A stretch of DNA of 62,832 nucleotides, filler included, from Dugesia japonica (lineage: Eukaryota), in NCBI GenBank assembly GCA_001938525.1. It is 6 parts of 6 records of this genome, joined end to end, with 100 filler letters (N's around TTAATTAATTAA, not from the genome) between each part and the next. Parts side by side here need not be neighbours in the genome. Positions count along the whole stretch, not along the records: positions 1 to 12,083 come from MQRL01605664.1; positions 12,184 to 23,056 come from MQRL01209842.1; 4 more parts are not named here. One strand, 5' to 3'. Each line of letters begins with the position of its first letter. Position 1 is the stretch's first letter. The position numbers and the translations under genes were made by a program. The notes beneath the pieces were generated by a model that was not told where the DNA came from, ran no database searches, and worked only from the letters and a program-made list of their open reading frames with translations. Shown in pieces: positions 1 through 13,267 of the stretch.

Positions 1-401
1 ACCAAATATTAACGATATATTGTTTTCTGTATAAATATATATAATATAAATGTTGTAATTTTTTGTACTGGACACTTTAATGTAACAGACTGTATATATA
101 TTTTTTATTTTATTTGACCTATTTTAAAAAAACATGTCATTCGATGAGCTTGTTTTCAATGAACTAGTCGGGAATCCTAATCCTGATGTCATAATAAAGT
201 TACATGCAGTTAGTTACTTACTTATTTAGACGCCCGAACACATGATTTTATTTGTGACGTCACTTTAAATCTGCAAACAAAAAAGGGAGTATAACTAAGT
301 CATTGTGCTGTTAGTTTTGCAATTAAATAATTATAATAATATAGAGTTGAAATACTTCAATAATTAAACTAGTTGTTTTTTTTTATTTGTATTCCCTAAT
401 T

Positions 402-1209
402 ATGTCTTTTTTAAAGAAGAGAATGATTACAGATGAAAATCGAATGAGAAGTGGGAAAATTTATTTTTTGTAACGGAAATTAAGAACAAAATTCAATGTC
501 TCATTTGCATGCCGCGTATTTCTGTTCCAAAGGAATACAATGCACACAAGCACTACGGTGCAAAATACAAAGAAAATTATGAAACAATAGCTGGAAAAAT
601 CGAATATGAAAAAGTTTAAAATCTCAAATAATCAATTACAAAGCAAGAAAACTTTTCCAAAGATATGAACGAATATACGGAAGATTCTGTAACAGCAAGC
701 TTTGACATCAAGCTGCCATGTGAGCCAGGATGATGTCAGTGTTTGGCAGCACTGTGAAAAGTTGGTTTTATCGATGAAGATTAACAAATCTCTTCTGAAA
801 TCGAAGCTCACTGGCAATCATTTCTAGCAATCTTACTACTGGTTGTATCACGTGACATAAGCCAAATGTTGATGCTCTGGTTGATGCAAAATGCAGTCAG
901 CTGAATATCCATAGTGGCAAATATATGAATTAGTAACAATTTAATAAACAAACTTTGGCGACTTTAGCAGAATAAATGTATTGATTGTTGATTAAAGAAT
1001 AATATTTCNNNNNNNNNNNNNNNNNNNNNNNNNNNNNNNNNNNNNNNNNNNNNNNNNNGCAAATTACTTTATGTTGAATTAATATTAGTTTTATAAATTA
1101 TAAAAATTTACATTTTACGACTACATCTAGTTCCAGCATTACTGTGGCCCCTTAACTAGCACATATTAGCTAAAACGCCCCGAGAGATCATTTGAGATTG
1201 TAACCACTG
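402..1209 (+). mobile_element. Degraded hAT (SPIN/Buster-GTF2IRD2-like) transposon: N-terminal BED finger region plus 3' terminus
   Basis: Manual translation from ATG 402 with a frameshift gives MSFLKKRMITDENR/EKWENLFFVTEIKNKIQCLICMPRISVPKEYNAHKHY, matching the SPIN-type W..xFF..CLIC..KEYN..xHY pattern. Ends in a hAT-like terminus ...GTAACCACTG at 1209. Confidence 0.7.
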
Positions 1210-2084
1210 TTTAATGGAATCGAGAATAAAAGTTCGTCGATTTTACTGAAATGATGGACGCACCCAAATAATTTTTGCGGATAATTAATTTGTAATTCTG
1301 ACAGGTAAAACAACAGATAAAATACCAGACATCTATAAATTAATATTCATCGAAATTAAAAATGACTAAAATTAAACAATTATTAATAACTTAATGCACT
1401 CAACTGAGTTAACTCGTTTTGGAAAAAATTTACACATTTCCGCACGCCCGACTTTACTCTTGGAATAGTTATTTAATTTAATTTATTTAAACAATTCTAA
1501 TTTGTTTTTGTCAATTTATGTGTTTGATTTAACATACTTTAAATTTGAGTATAAGTCTATATTTCGTTTTTGTAAAAAATTTTTTATCATTCCAATACGT
1601 TTTATACAATTATTTTTTAAGAACTTTTAATTTTTTGTAATTTTTCTAGGTCAAATCAATCATCTTTTGAATTATAAGCAAATCTGGATTTAGAACTGTT
1701 AGATTTATTTGTTTGCTTCATTGAATTCAATTAAAATAAGAATTCCAATTCAAAATTTTATTAAAACAGAAATAATTCTTATTGGTTGCTAAGCGATTCT
1801 TCTCATAATTGACTTATGCAATTTATGTTTTATATAATTTATTTAAACAACTTATTAAAAAAATATATCTTATTAAATTGTTTAAATTATATAAAATATT
1901 AAATTATATAGAAATTTCAATTTAATTTCATATTTGCATTGCAGAAAATTTCAAATTATAAATTTGTACAAAAAGTTTGGTATAATCCTAATGTTTTTAG
2001 AAAAATAAGATGTTTTATTAGAATAATATATTTTTCTTAACTAACAAAAATATTTAAATATTTAAAAAAATTCTAATTAAACTG

Positions 2085-2985
2085 ATGTCAAAACAACGAA
2101 ATCAATTTGAAATAACAAAGAACATTTTTTTCACAACTCAAAATTCGTGAAATGCAATTCACCAATTCAAATCTTTATTATCTTTTTTCTGCGTCCAAAT
2201 TGGAAATTGTGGAGTGATGTGCTAGCTTTGGGCTCTTAAATAATACAATGCAATGTTTAACCTGCAATAAGTATATTAAATTGATAAAATCGCAAACCAA
2301 TATAGATGGTTTCATTTGGACTTATGATTCACTTTGTCATAAAACGATTTCTCAACTTTCTTTGTAAGTAAATTGTCTTTGAAAATACAAATATTTACGA
2401 TCTTCTAGTCAAAATACATTTTTTTTGGTCAAAAATTTTTTGTATAAAAATTTTTATGGATTTACAAGTTAATAAAATACGTGTATTAGCAAATGTTAAA
2501 ATTTGTGGGAGATATGTATATTGGTCATCCTGTTGAAGTAGAAATTGACGAATCGTGCTTTTTCAAGCGGAAGTACAATTGAAGTAGGATTGGTTCAAAT
2601 GTGTGGGTTTTTGTGGCGTATAAACGCGGATCAAAGAAATGTTTTTGGGAATTAGTTCCAAATTGGAATGCAGAGACACTAATGGAATGATCCCAGGAGA
2701 ATACTACCAGGGATAAGTATTATAAGTGACGGATGGGCAACGTATAGATCAATACAAGTATCTAGATTGTACATTCATGATGTGGTTGTACATCCTCTCA
2801 ATTTCGTTTCTCTAAGTGACCCAAGCATTCACACGCAGAATATTGAGTCAACGTGGGCTCACAAAAAGAGGAAATTACAAAATCAATATGGGACCAGGTA
2901 TGTTCATTTTGGTGAATAATTGTGCGAATTTTTGTTTAAGGAATTTTTTTACCTAGAAAGTTATAACAATATTTAACAATAATGT
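2085..2985 (+). mobile_element. Merlin (IS1595/ISXO2-like) DDE transposase pseudogene
   Basis: Zn-ribbon MQCLTC..DGFIW; catalytic motifs VEIDES..KRKYN, IISDGWATY, H..NFV..HTQNIESTW; several stops and frameshifts. Not in the ORF track. Confidence 0.85.
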
Positions 2986-3196
2986 AGTTAAAGTTTAGTA
3001 GATCTCTCTAGATGTCATCAACTTATTCATAGTATAACTGGCTCAATTTTGTTATCTGTTCTTTACTCAAATTTGTTTTTATTAGTTTATGCATTCGAGA
3101 TGTTTAAGTTATGAACGGTTAGTGTATTAACAATGTTAGTTGTAATTAAGTAATGTCATAATAGCGTTATTCTGTCTTATTAAATGTTTACAAAAC

Positions 3197-3720
3197 TTAG
3201 TAGTAATAATATGGTTTAAATAAAGTTAAAGTGTTTTTCATCCTTCGAGTTATCGAGACGAATATTGACTGGAAGAGTTTTGATCTGCTCTTGATGGATG
3301 AATTACCAGTTAGTAATTTTGAGACTCTCATAGTAAATAACATTGTATGAGAATTTGTCCGTAGTTTTAGCAGAAGCAGAAACACCAGCTTCGCATTGCT
3401 TAGATCATTTGATTAGGTTAGGTTGCCTTTATTGTTTTAGAAAGTGAAAATAAACATTAGCTTTTGAAATTTGACGGAGCAGAACACTTTAGAATTTCGT
3501 GTTACCTTTTAGACTGAAACCAAGTTTATTGTATACAAAAATGACGGAAAGATCAGTGTTTAGTTAGATATATAACACAGTTTCTGATTTTGGTTCACCA
3601 TAATTTAAGACCATTATCTCGGTCCACTTAATTTAGCCAATCTATCATAATAAGATTATCAGGGGAGGGGTCAATGTTGATATCTTTTTGAACAGATTTA
3701 GACAAGCTAATATAAACTTA
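3197..3720 (-). pseudogene. Possible very degraded non-LTR reverse transcriptase fragment
   Basis: Weak PSPD..W (PGPDG-like) and downstream RT domain 0-1-like residues; no catalytic motif visible. Confidence 0.25.
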
Positions 3721-4504
3721 GATAATATAAAAAGAACATTATCTAAAAATTATTAATAAGTTATCAATAGATCATTTTATATAATCAAGATTTTTGATCT
3801 TATTTCTTAATAAATAAAATTTTACAGACAATACAATAATTCATATAATAAAAATATATAAAATTCCTTGTTAATAATGAGTATCAATATTATAGGAAAC
3901 AGAAATGTTACTGGCACAAGAAACCATATTTATGAAATTTGTATTAAAACGATTAATAAAGTACAAAATTTGCATGGAGCTTATGTCGAAAAATTACCAT
4001 ATGAATGTTTTTTTAATATTTCATTGGGAGCATTTNNNNNNNNNNNNNNNNNNNNNNNNNNNNNNNNNNNNNNNNNNNNNNNNNNNNNNNNNNNNNNGAG
4101 AATCTAAAAATTCACAATGCTACTGATCACTAGTAATTTTATGATCGATCATAACTATTCTAAACGCTTTTTTATTGATGTTTCTTATTGGAATTTATAC
4201 AAATTGTGAGAACTAACTACCCCAGATAATAAGGAATTTTCTTTTATCATGTTTTAAAAAAAAAATATGAACACAAATTTATACCATAAAACTAATGGGT
4301 TACTGAAATAATTTCGACAATGAAATAATTTGACAGTGAAATTAATTTTAATAATAATTTTTCTTTAGTAATTTCGACAATAAAATAATGTTTATGAAGT
4401 AATATTAATGAAATGATTTTCATTAAAGTTTCATGGCTGCTACATTTAACAGCCAATTAATATAAAAATATGAAATAATTTCGATAGTGAAAAATAAATT
4501 TAAA

Positions 4505-5119
4505 TGGATAGGAAAGTTTGGAAAACTACTCGAATCATTAACATCAAAAAACAATTCAATAAAATTTATTTCAAATAAAAACTATATCCATCATTATTCG
4601 TTTAAACAAACAAATTAAAACTTCATGCTTTAAACGGAAATTATTTTTCAAGAATTTAAATATTTAGATTTAAATCTTGATTTAAATTAATTTGATAATT
4701 TTACAGAAAATAATTATTTTTTTAAAAACACATCATTTTAAAATTTTCATAAATTTTTAAAACAAAAATAAATGATCATTCGTATTAACATATAACTTAA
4801 AAATTTTTACAAAATTTTAAAACACAAAAAAACTGATCATTTGTTAAAAAATTTCATAAAATTTCAAAACAAAAATTGATCATTTGTAATAATATATCTT
4901 TTAAAACTTTCCAACTTTTCAAAACAAAATGACTTGCTATTAAATTATCATTTTAAAATTTTTTGAATTTTCAAAACAAAATTGGCATTTCCAAAAATTT
5001 TAATTTACTTTAATTTCTCAATTAATTTGTGATTTTGAATTTTTTAAAAAAAAGATTTTTTAAAACATAATCTCTAACCAGAGCAAAAAAAATTTTAACT
5101 CACTTCTAAACTACTCACA
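4505..5119 (-). repeat. 3' LTR of Gypsy element 1
   Basis: On the minus strand a polypurine tract AAAAGGGGGAA precedes TG at 5119, and the repeat ends ...CCTATCCA at 4505. It contains internal degenerate tandem units (AAAATTTT..AAAACAAAA..TGATCATT). Confidence 0.8.
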
Positions 5120-7834
5120 TTCCCCCTTTTAAGAAATTTTTTGATCTTCTTTACGTTTCTTTCGAGTCTTTTTCCGTTTGTATATTCCAGGATGTAACGT
5201 CTGTCATGAACCTTCCTCTTGATCTTATAAGGTCCCTCATAACGATCTTGGTTCTTGTTTCTTGTTTCAGCTTTCACTACGACCTCATCTACAACCTCGA
5301 ATTGTCTCTTCATTATATTTTTTGTGCACTCTTTGAGCATTTGTTTCATACCATTTTTCTTTGCTGATTCTCTTCCCAAATACGATTTTGGCCGGACTTT
5401 TCCCAATAGTTTTCTGTTGTGTAGCGTTTAGGATAAATTCTAAATCTGGCAATACATCCGCCCAGTCTGAGGTTTTCATTTCTTTAAGTGTTGCATTAAT
5501 CAGATCCCGCCTAGTTCTAAACTATCTCTCAATTTGCCCATTTGTGTTATGATGATATGGACTCGAAAACCTGAGAGTAATGCCATGTTCATCTGCAAAA
5601 TCTTTCATGAATTTAGACTCAAATGCTCTTCGACAATCAACTCGAATTTCTCTCGGACACCCAAACTTTAATATCCACTTCTCCAATATTGCTTTCCATA
5701 TGGTATCTTCATCTTGTCTTGTCATTGCTATCAAGGCTTCATACTTACTGTGATGGTCTATTATCTCCGGCAATGGTCCACAGACATCTATAAATAACAG
5801 CTCAAACATTTCGACTGGCTGCGTCTTTTTTGTTTCTTCCTTCGATTTCGTTGTCAACACTTTAGTTTTCTGGCATGTTATCCAGCTTTGAACAACCTCT
5901 TGTACTTTGCTCCACAAATGACTTGCGTTATATTTATGCTTCATATACGCTGCTACTTTTTCTGCTCCAGCATGACACAAAAGATGGTGTATTCTCATTG
6001 TAACTTCTTCTACTTTATCATCAGGTATCCATGTTCCTTTATAATTCTCATCAAAATTGCCTTGTTTTTCTTGAATATCTACTGTATTAAACATCCTTGT
6101 TTTTAATTTTCCACTTTTGGGATCTTAATGTGACATTAGACATTGTGCACATGTACCGCATTCATTCCTTGGCAACATATCCGCATTTGTATGAAGCGAT
6201 CCTTTTCTATATTCCAATTTTATATCTAAACTGCTTAAATAATTAATCCAGGTTTGAAACTGTGATGTGATCAGCATCTTGGTATTTAGCTTAAAAGTGA
6301 TGGCTTTATGGCCAGTTCTGAGGATAAATCTCTTCCCATATAAGTAATGTTTGAAATTAATACAAAAGTAATAAATTGCTAGCAATTCTTTCCGTGTAAT
6401 ACAATATCCTTTCTCATGACTCGTCATTGCATGTGACCCATATGCAATTACTCTTTCTTGCCCATTGTTGTTCTTTTGAGATAGTACTGTATGGTATCGG
6501 AACTCCAAAATAAATCCTCTATTTATATCTGGAAAACATAATATTGGAGACATCATTAGTGCTTCTTTCATTCCATTAAAAACTTCTTCTAATTCATTTG
6601 CCCATTCAATTTTCTTGTCACCTGGCCCACTACACCGTTGTTCCAGCAATTTAACTTTTTTCGAATAATTAATAAACTTCCGATAGTTATTGCAAATTCC
6701 CAAAAACTTCTCATCTTCTTAACGCATTTTGGTTTAAGAAAGTTCTTAATTGCTTCTATTTTAGTTGGATCTGTTTGAACACCGTCTTTACTGATAACGT
6801 ATCCCAAAAATTTGATCTCCTTTCGCATGAATTGACATTTCTCTGGATTAACTCGTAGACCAGCCTTCTTAATTTCTGTTAATACTTTATTGATTATTTC
6901 AGTGTTGCTTTTTTGTATCAGTAAATATGAGAATATCATCTAGATAAACCATCACTCCTTTTATTTTTCCGATAACTTTATTAATCATTTCCTGGAACGT
7001 GCCTGGTGCTGCTGCAATTTTAAAAGGAATTCTATTGAAACAAAATTGCCCTTGTTTGGTCAAAAACGCCGTCTTTTCTTGAGAATCTTCACTGATTTCC
7101 ACTTGATAGTATGCATTTCCCAAGTCTATTGAGCTAAAATACTGCGTACCTTCCAAAGCATCCAGCATTTCGTTTGGCATAGGTAAAGCTTGTCTTTCTG
7201 TTATTGCTTTGAGCCTTCTAAAGTCTAGGCACAATCGTATTTCCTTTTTTTCCTTTTTCCAAACACAGATTAATGGCGTATTCTATTGCAAATCACACTT
7301 CTGGATGATACCATTATCATATAGATTCTTGATGGTCTCTTCAATCTTTTCTTCTAGATTCATTGGTTTGCGATACGGTTTTATGTTGATTGGACCTCCT
7401 TTAGTGATTATTCGATGCTTCGTTAAGTGTGTGCATCCCATGTCCCATCTATCCACCCTAGATACATCATCATTATTCTGAATAATCGCAGTCAATCTAT
7501 GATCTTTGTTAATTTCTAGAATCTCCATTACATATCTCAGTCGTTCACCCGTCTGTATTTGCCTTCCAAATTTTGCTTCGATGTTGCAAACAAATTTTTC
7601 TCGATGATTATTGATGTCTACTCTGCACGCTTTTTGAAGATGATATTCAAAAGTATTCTGAAATTCCACTCCACCAATTATATCTGGTATTAATTTCTCT
7701 ACTAAATCTATAACTTACACACGTATCTTTCCAATTGTCTCCAAAGAGCTGTTATGCGCGCTATGCAATCGTTCCTCGCTTTTCTCTAACATTGTTTCTC
7801 CGAGTCTATTAAATGCTTTCATGCTCATCACATT
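5095..7834 (-). mobile_element. Ty3/Gypsy retrotransposon 1, fragmented pol (protease remnant-RT-RNaseH-integrase)
   Basis: RT motifs CLDFRRL, IDLGNAYYQ, YLDD; RNaseH AYGSH..KELLAIY; integrase HHCC (H.LLCH..CQKTK) and core (PYHHNTNGQIER); GPY motif. Broken by many stops and frameshifts; 5' truncated within the protease (NVMS). Confidence 0.95.
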
Positions 7835-7999
7835 TTTTAAAAATTTGTTTGTTTAAATGAATAATAAATATAGTTTGTATTTGAAATTAAATCTTATGNN
7901 NNNNNNNNNNNNNNNNNNNNNNNNNNNNNNNNNNNNNNNNNNNNNNNNAATTGGATTTTGATGTTAATGATTCGAGGAGTTTTCCAAACTCTCCTAACA
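7835..7999 (+). repeat. Partial LTR (3' end) of the element-1 family in inverted orientation
   Basis: Reverse complement TGTTAGGAGAGTTTGGAAAACTCCTCGAATCATTAACATCAAAA..TTTAAACAAACAAATT aligns with 4505-4620; ends in CA at 7999. Confidence 0.8.
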
Positions 8000-9050
8000 A
8001 CATACATACATTTTTATAATGCAAAAAGTTTTCACACTTGAAGAGCTTTGAGTTCTTTCTTAGACCCTCAATAATATCAAACGCTAAATAAATAATGAAT
8101 AAAAATTACTTGATTAATATTTTTACTTATATTTAGAAGTCTCTCAGTAGCCATTAAATTTAGGTATATATTTAAAAAATCATATTAATTATTTATTAAT
8201 CAATTAAATTATTTCTACACTCCTATATTATCATTAAAACAAAGATTTAAACCATAATACAGAATAAAATTGTCAAAATTATTTCCGTGCCGCAAAATAA
8301 TTACTCAAATTAGTTTATTTATCAAATGTTTATTTAAATCAAAATAACAACTGCAAATATATACAAATACTAATAAAATTTAAATTTACGAAAATTTACA
8401 AAAAGTAAATAATTTAATTACTGATAAATACCAATAAATAAAAATATTAACTCCACAAATTTCAATAAAAATTATTTTTAGTAACATTACAATTTAAATT
8501 TTTTCAACTTGTCGTAAAATCAATTGAACTATTGAAACAAAAATTGTTTTCGAAATTCGAAATTTTTTTTATTCTTCCGACTTTCCCGTACACAAATAAA
8601 AAAAATTTACATAAAAAATATTTATCTTTTTATCCATAAAACTCTCTCAAAACATCCAATGTTGATGAAAACAAAACAAAGTTGTTATATTTTGATAATG
8701 TGAAAATCAGTTTTAACATAAAATACATTATAAAAATTATTAATAAAATTATAAAAATTACTTCTCTATCAAAAGCATGACAAGTATTTTGTATCGTAGA
8801 TAATGTTTCAAATTGTAATCCTAATATCTAAATACAAATATTTTCGTAAGTATTCACAGTTGTGGTTTTTTCTGTTAAAGTATGATTTTATTTCTCAACA
8901 TTTATTATAAATAATTTTATAATATTAATCATACTTTTTATAATAGTTTAAAATAGTGTGAAACTACTTTTATTAGACTTATGATAATAACTACTAGTAT
9001 TGAAATTACTATTTCCTTTTTATTATTATTGGTATTACGATTATTATTAT

Positions 9051-9815
9051 TAGATTCGGTTGTCCAGAAACTTTGTCCGATTTTTAATGAAAATTCGAAA
9101 ATACAATTATTAAATTACATAGTTGTCATTTGTTCTATAGCATTTCTCCATCTTTCACACAACTTAAAGATTCCAATATTCAAGAATGTATCAGATTTTC
9201 CGGAGAAAAGATTATCAAAATGATTTTTTATATCGATCAAAGAGCTAAAATTTTTTCCATTAAGGGAATTTTGTAAAGACCTAAATAATTGTAAATTTGT
9301 AAGTGAAATGCCTACTGAATAAAACGGATGGGATACCGCCTCCTAAACGAGATCCAAACACCTTTTGTCTAGTACCCAAAGACACGTGAGGGCGTTTATT
9401 GTCCGGATAAAGCACGATTCCTTTCTAGTGTTGGATGTTTTCTTTCAATTTGTTAGTGTAATTCGTTACATTGCAAACCATACTTTTTGGAATTAATCGT
9501 ATGATTAGTTGGTAGAAGTTCATAAAACAAAATGCCTTGCCAGTTCCATCAGACACCGAACATAACTGTTCTCGAATGAATACTGGCTTTCGGAGTGGTT
9601 AATGATGATTCTATTCGCTTTCGCTAGGATCTTTTCGCTAAACTTTATTATAAATGATTCATTTCTCATCTGCTGTCACCACTTGCTTTAAAAATTGTGT
9701 CGTCTCGTTGCGTTTATAGAGCGAGTCGCAGATGTTGATGCAATCCCTCAAGTTCTTTACTCTTAAATCCTGTGAAATTCATATATCTAAATTATTTATG
9801 TATCCAAGCTTCAAT
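9051..9815 (-). mobile_element. Mariner transposase pseudogene, 5' truncated, with terminal repeat
   Basis: Minus-strand translation gives VMFGV*WNWQGILFYELLP..TINS..Y, IVLYPDNKRPHVS and C-terminal GIFKLCERWRNAIE. A TIR-like end lies next to TA at ~9051. Confidence 0.85.
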
Positions 9816-9989
9816 TGTTCTAGGAGAGTCAATCATCAAATAATTTTAACTGTAGTGTTTTACGCCACTGTCTATTTACTTTTATTATTAATTTAATAAA
9901 ATTTTACTTGTAAATAACGTTACTAAACCAATCTCAAAGACAAAAGAGGTAGATAGTAGTGCATAAGATCACTAAACCAGTCTAAACAT

Positions 9990-11085
9990 TTTGAAAATTA
10001 AATCAACTGTTGACATTTTGCTGTAAAGATGTTAATTTTTTATTCAATAATGATTGGTTCACTCAGAAAGATGATGTTGCAATGGGTTCTTCATTGGCAC
10101 CGACATTAGCATCATTATTTTTGTCTAAAGTAGAGTCACGAATTACTCATTTTTCTGGTAATCAACCCATAAAATACAAAAGATACGTAGATGATATCTT
10201 CCTTATTTTTAAAGACCAAGATGATATAATACTCTTTCTTGAATACATGAACAGTCTTCATCAAAATATGAAATTCACTATAGAAGTTGAAAAAAAGGTA
10301 AACTACCATTCTTAGATGTTCTTTGTAGACAGGGTTGCAACTGAAATACTTCACTTTAAAAAAACCCAACAGACACAGTACTATATATCACTCCTAAAAG
10401 GTTTTGTGATGATCGATATAAGAATAGATTAATAAAAGATTTGGTTCGTCGAATGTGGTGTATATCAGCAAGCTTAAATATTGCTTATGATGGTCTTAAC
10501 AAATTAGATAGTAGTCTTCGAACTAATGGATATTATCTGAAAACGATGATTAATAATAATATAATGAGTACTTTAAACAAACTGCTCAACATCAAATAAT
10601 GACATAGAAGAAAAAATTATAAATAATCAAGAAATAATAATTATAAAACTACCATTATCGGAAGGATCTAAATCATTAAAATGCTCTCTCGTGAAATATT
10701 TTGATGATAATAAATTTAAATTAATTTTCACTTCAAAAAAAACCTCCAGTTATTTTAGCAAGAAATATACTACACCAAAAGCTTTGCTCACTAACCTAGT
10801 TTATCAATTTAATTGTAACGGATGTGATGCCACGTACATTGAAAAGACAAAACGTCATCTTCACACACATGTTGGCGAGCATATGCAATTGAGTAGGAAA
10901 ATTTCGGTTTTAGATCATGCCTAGTGCTGCAAAAATAGAAAAGGCAAAATAAGCATTGATGAATTTCCAGTTTCAAACAGCAGTTTGGTTAATTATTTTG
11001 AAAGAATTGCGTGAGGTTTTAAGAATTGGGTCGCATAATCCGATTCTTAATACTCAGATTAACACACATTCACTTTTAAATTTAT
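9990..11085 (+). mobile_element. Penelope-like retroelement remnant (RT + GIY-YIG endonuclease)
   Basis: QKDDVAMGSSLAPTLA, RYVDDIF, N.LH..MKFTIE, LPFLDV, KKPTDT; then VYQFNCNGCDATYIEKTKRHLHTHVGEH (GIY-YIG). Confidence 0.92.
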
Positions 11086-11191
11086 TTTCATATTATTTTA
11101 ATATTTGAATTTCATTGTGTTAAAAATTTGCAGCATTATTTCAAATACATTTAACGATATAAAATTTTAAAATCTAGTAGTTACTCTTTAC

Positions 11192-11213
11192 ACACCCTGT
11201 ATATACAGGGTGT
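11192..11213. repeat. 22-bp perfect palindrome, probably two Tc1/mariner-type TIR ends meeting at TA
   Basis: ACACCCTGTATATACAGGGTGT; TACAGGGTG is a common Tc1/mariner MITE terminus. Confidence 0.5.
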
Positions 11214-11696
11214 TCAAAAAGTTTTTAGACAATTTAAAAAATTTATTAAAGTTGGAAATATACTAGAAAACTCTTGAATTTGAAACTCTTGAAGCTCTTA
11301 ATTTAATATTTATTTATATATTTAAATATTTTTTATATATATTATTTATTTATATTTATATATTATTTATTTATATTTGAAATCATTTGTCGGTTTTTAA
11401 AATTGATTTGTTAAAAAATAAAATTATAATGTACAGCAAAGTTTTTTACAAAAATTTCCCAGGTATTATTTATAATTTTATTTTTTTTTCATAATCTAAC
11501 ATCCAATTTTTAGAATAAAGAGAAGAACATATTATAATTTTTAATAATCAACGTTTTTATATCGCAAACTTTTATTTATCAGTTTCATTATTTAAAAATA
11601 TAAACTATATTTTCATTCAGTAAGTTAATAATCGTTTAGTATTCAATTAATTTCATTGTAAACATTAAAAATCTTAGCTATTAACTCTAACCTACA

Positions 11697-12083
11697 ATGG
11701 ACGCAGATAAAAAAATATTCATCTTCATGGTAATATTTGAGCGTAACAAATATCATAATAAAGGTACATATAAAGTGAACAAATGTAACAAAGAAATCCA
11801 AACTGTAGGAAGTAGAGCNNNNNNNNNNNNNNNNNNNNNNNNNNNNNNNNNNNNNNNNNNNNNNNNNNNNNNNNNNNNNNNNNNNNNNNNNNNNNNNNNN
11901 NNNNNNNNNNNNNNNNNNNNNNNNNNNNNNNNNNACTAATTTACAAAAAGTGTAGGCACTTCTTTACCAGCTATTCTTTCCCGCATGACAACTAAAGATG
12001 GTGTACCATTGAATGTATTTTGCACTTCATATGACATTCCGAATATACTTCAAATAAAGGCAACAATCTGAAATCCTCAAATA
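11697..12083 (+). mobile_element. hAT-like transposase N-terminal remnant (BED finger region)
   Basis: FER..YKVNKCNKEIQTVGS, then after the gap SLPAILSRMTTKDGVPLNVFCTSYDI; cut off by the scaffold end. Confidence 0.5.
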
Positions 12084-12183
12084 NNNNNNNNNNNNNNNNN
12101 NNNNNNNNNNNNNNNNNNNNNNNNNNNTTAATTAATTAANNNNNNNNNNNNNNNNNNNNNNNNNNNNNNNNNNNNNNNNNNNN
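12084..12183. other. Artificial scaffold linker (44N-TTAATTAATTAA-44N)
   Basis: The identical 100-nt spacer recurs at 23057-23156, 32028-32127, 44111-44210 and 53985-54084; the core has stop codons in all six frames. Confidence 0.97.
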
Positions 12184-12320
12184 ATAAACAAGTTCAACCA
12201 TGGGGAACTAAAATTTGTGGAATATTATGTTTATATTTTTTATACAAAATGTATCTTAATATTAAATTTGATGTTATAATTAAAGAATTAGAATTAATAT
12301 TTAAAGATTTACTTTAATAA

Positions 12321-12770
12321 ATGTATTATATGCCAGTTAATATAACAGGTAAAACATTAGGTAAAAATTCCGTTTCTAAAGAACAACTTCAAGCAAAATT
12401 AAAATTAGAATCTATATTAAATGAAAAGAAATTTATTAATAAAAATTGTGATACAATAACTAATTTAAAAATTTTTAGTGATCCAATAAATGATTTAGAG
12501 GCAATTAATTTAAAATATTTTACAAATACAACTAAAAAATATGATTATAATATAAAAGATTTAATTAAAGATAATAATACATGTTTTAATGATTTAAATA
12601 AAGAAGTAATAAATTTTAAAGACTCTGTTAAAGAACAATATCTAGAGATGCAACAACAAATTAAAAATCTAAAGCAAAGCTTTAAGAATCAAGATTTAGA
12701 GATTCTAGAATTTAAACGAAAGATTACAAATTTAAAATTAATAAATAAAGATTTAAAAAATTCTGTTTGA
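12321..12770 (+). CDS. Polinton-associated coiled-coil protein with fibre/stalk-like ITNL..DP..D.EAIN.KY motif
   Basis: 149-aa ORF co-oriented with, and upstream of, pPolB. The motif resembles stalk repeats in Polinton structural proteins; the C-terminus is heptad-rich. Confidence 0.45.
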   Translation: MYYMPVNITGKTLGKNSVSKEQLQAKLKLESILNEKKFINKNCDTITNLKIFSDPINDLEAINLKYFTNTTKKYDYNIKDLIKDNNTCFNDLNKEVINFKDSVKEQYLEMQQQIKNLKQSFKNQDLEILEFKRKITNLKLINKDLKNSV

Positions 12771-13267
12771 GATTTACTCGAGCATAGATATGCGGTAAAG
12801 AAGATATAAAAGAAATACAAGAAGGTATTAAAAAAAATTTCCAAGAAGCAAATGATGATATTCAAAAACTTTTAAAAAAAAAACTACAGTAGAAAAATTA
12901 ATGAGTACTGTAGAAAAAGAAAGTATTAAACCAAAGGTTGCAATAGTGAATATGGGCTCTGAAGTTTCTACGGCTCCCGAAGCGGTTGAGAAATAATTAA
13001 AAAATATATTAGATTTATATAATAATAATTAAAAAATATATTCATTTTAAATTAATAAAAATAATTGATGACTATATTTCAAAATTAAATTGAACAAAAA
13101 TCCCTTGGTAAAAATTATGGTCCAATTATATTAAATAATTTTAAAGAATTAATTGATAATATTTTTTTAATTGCTGATATTAGTAAATTTAAAAGTAATG
13201 ACTCGAGCATGGACCCTGGAAGAATAATAAAATCTAAAATATTTTTTCATTAACTATAAAAGTAGAA

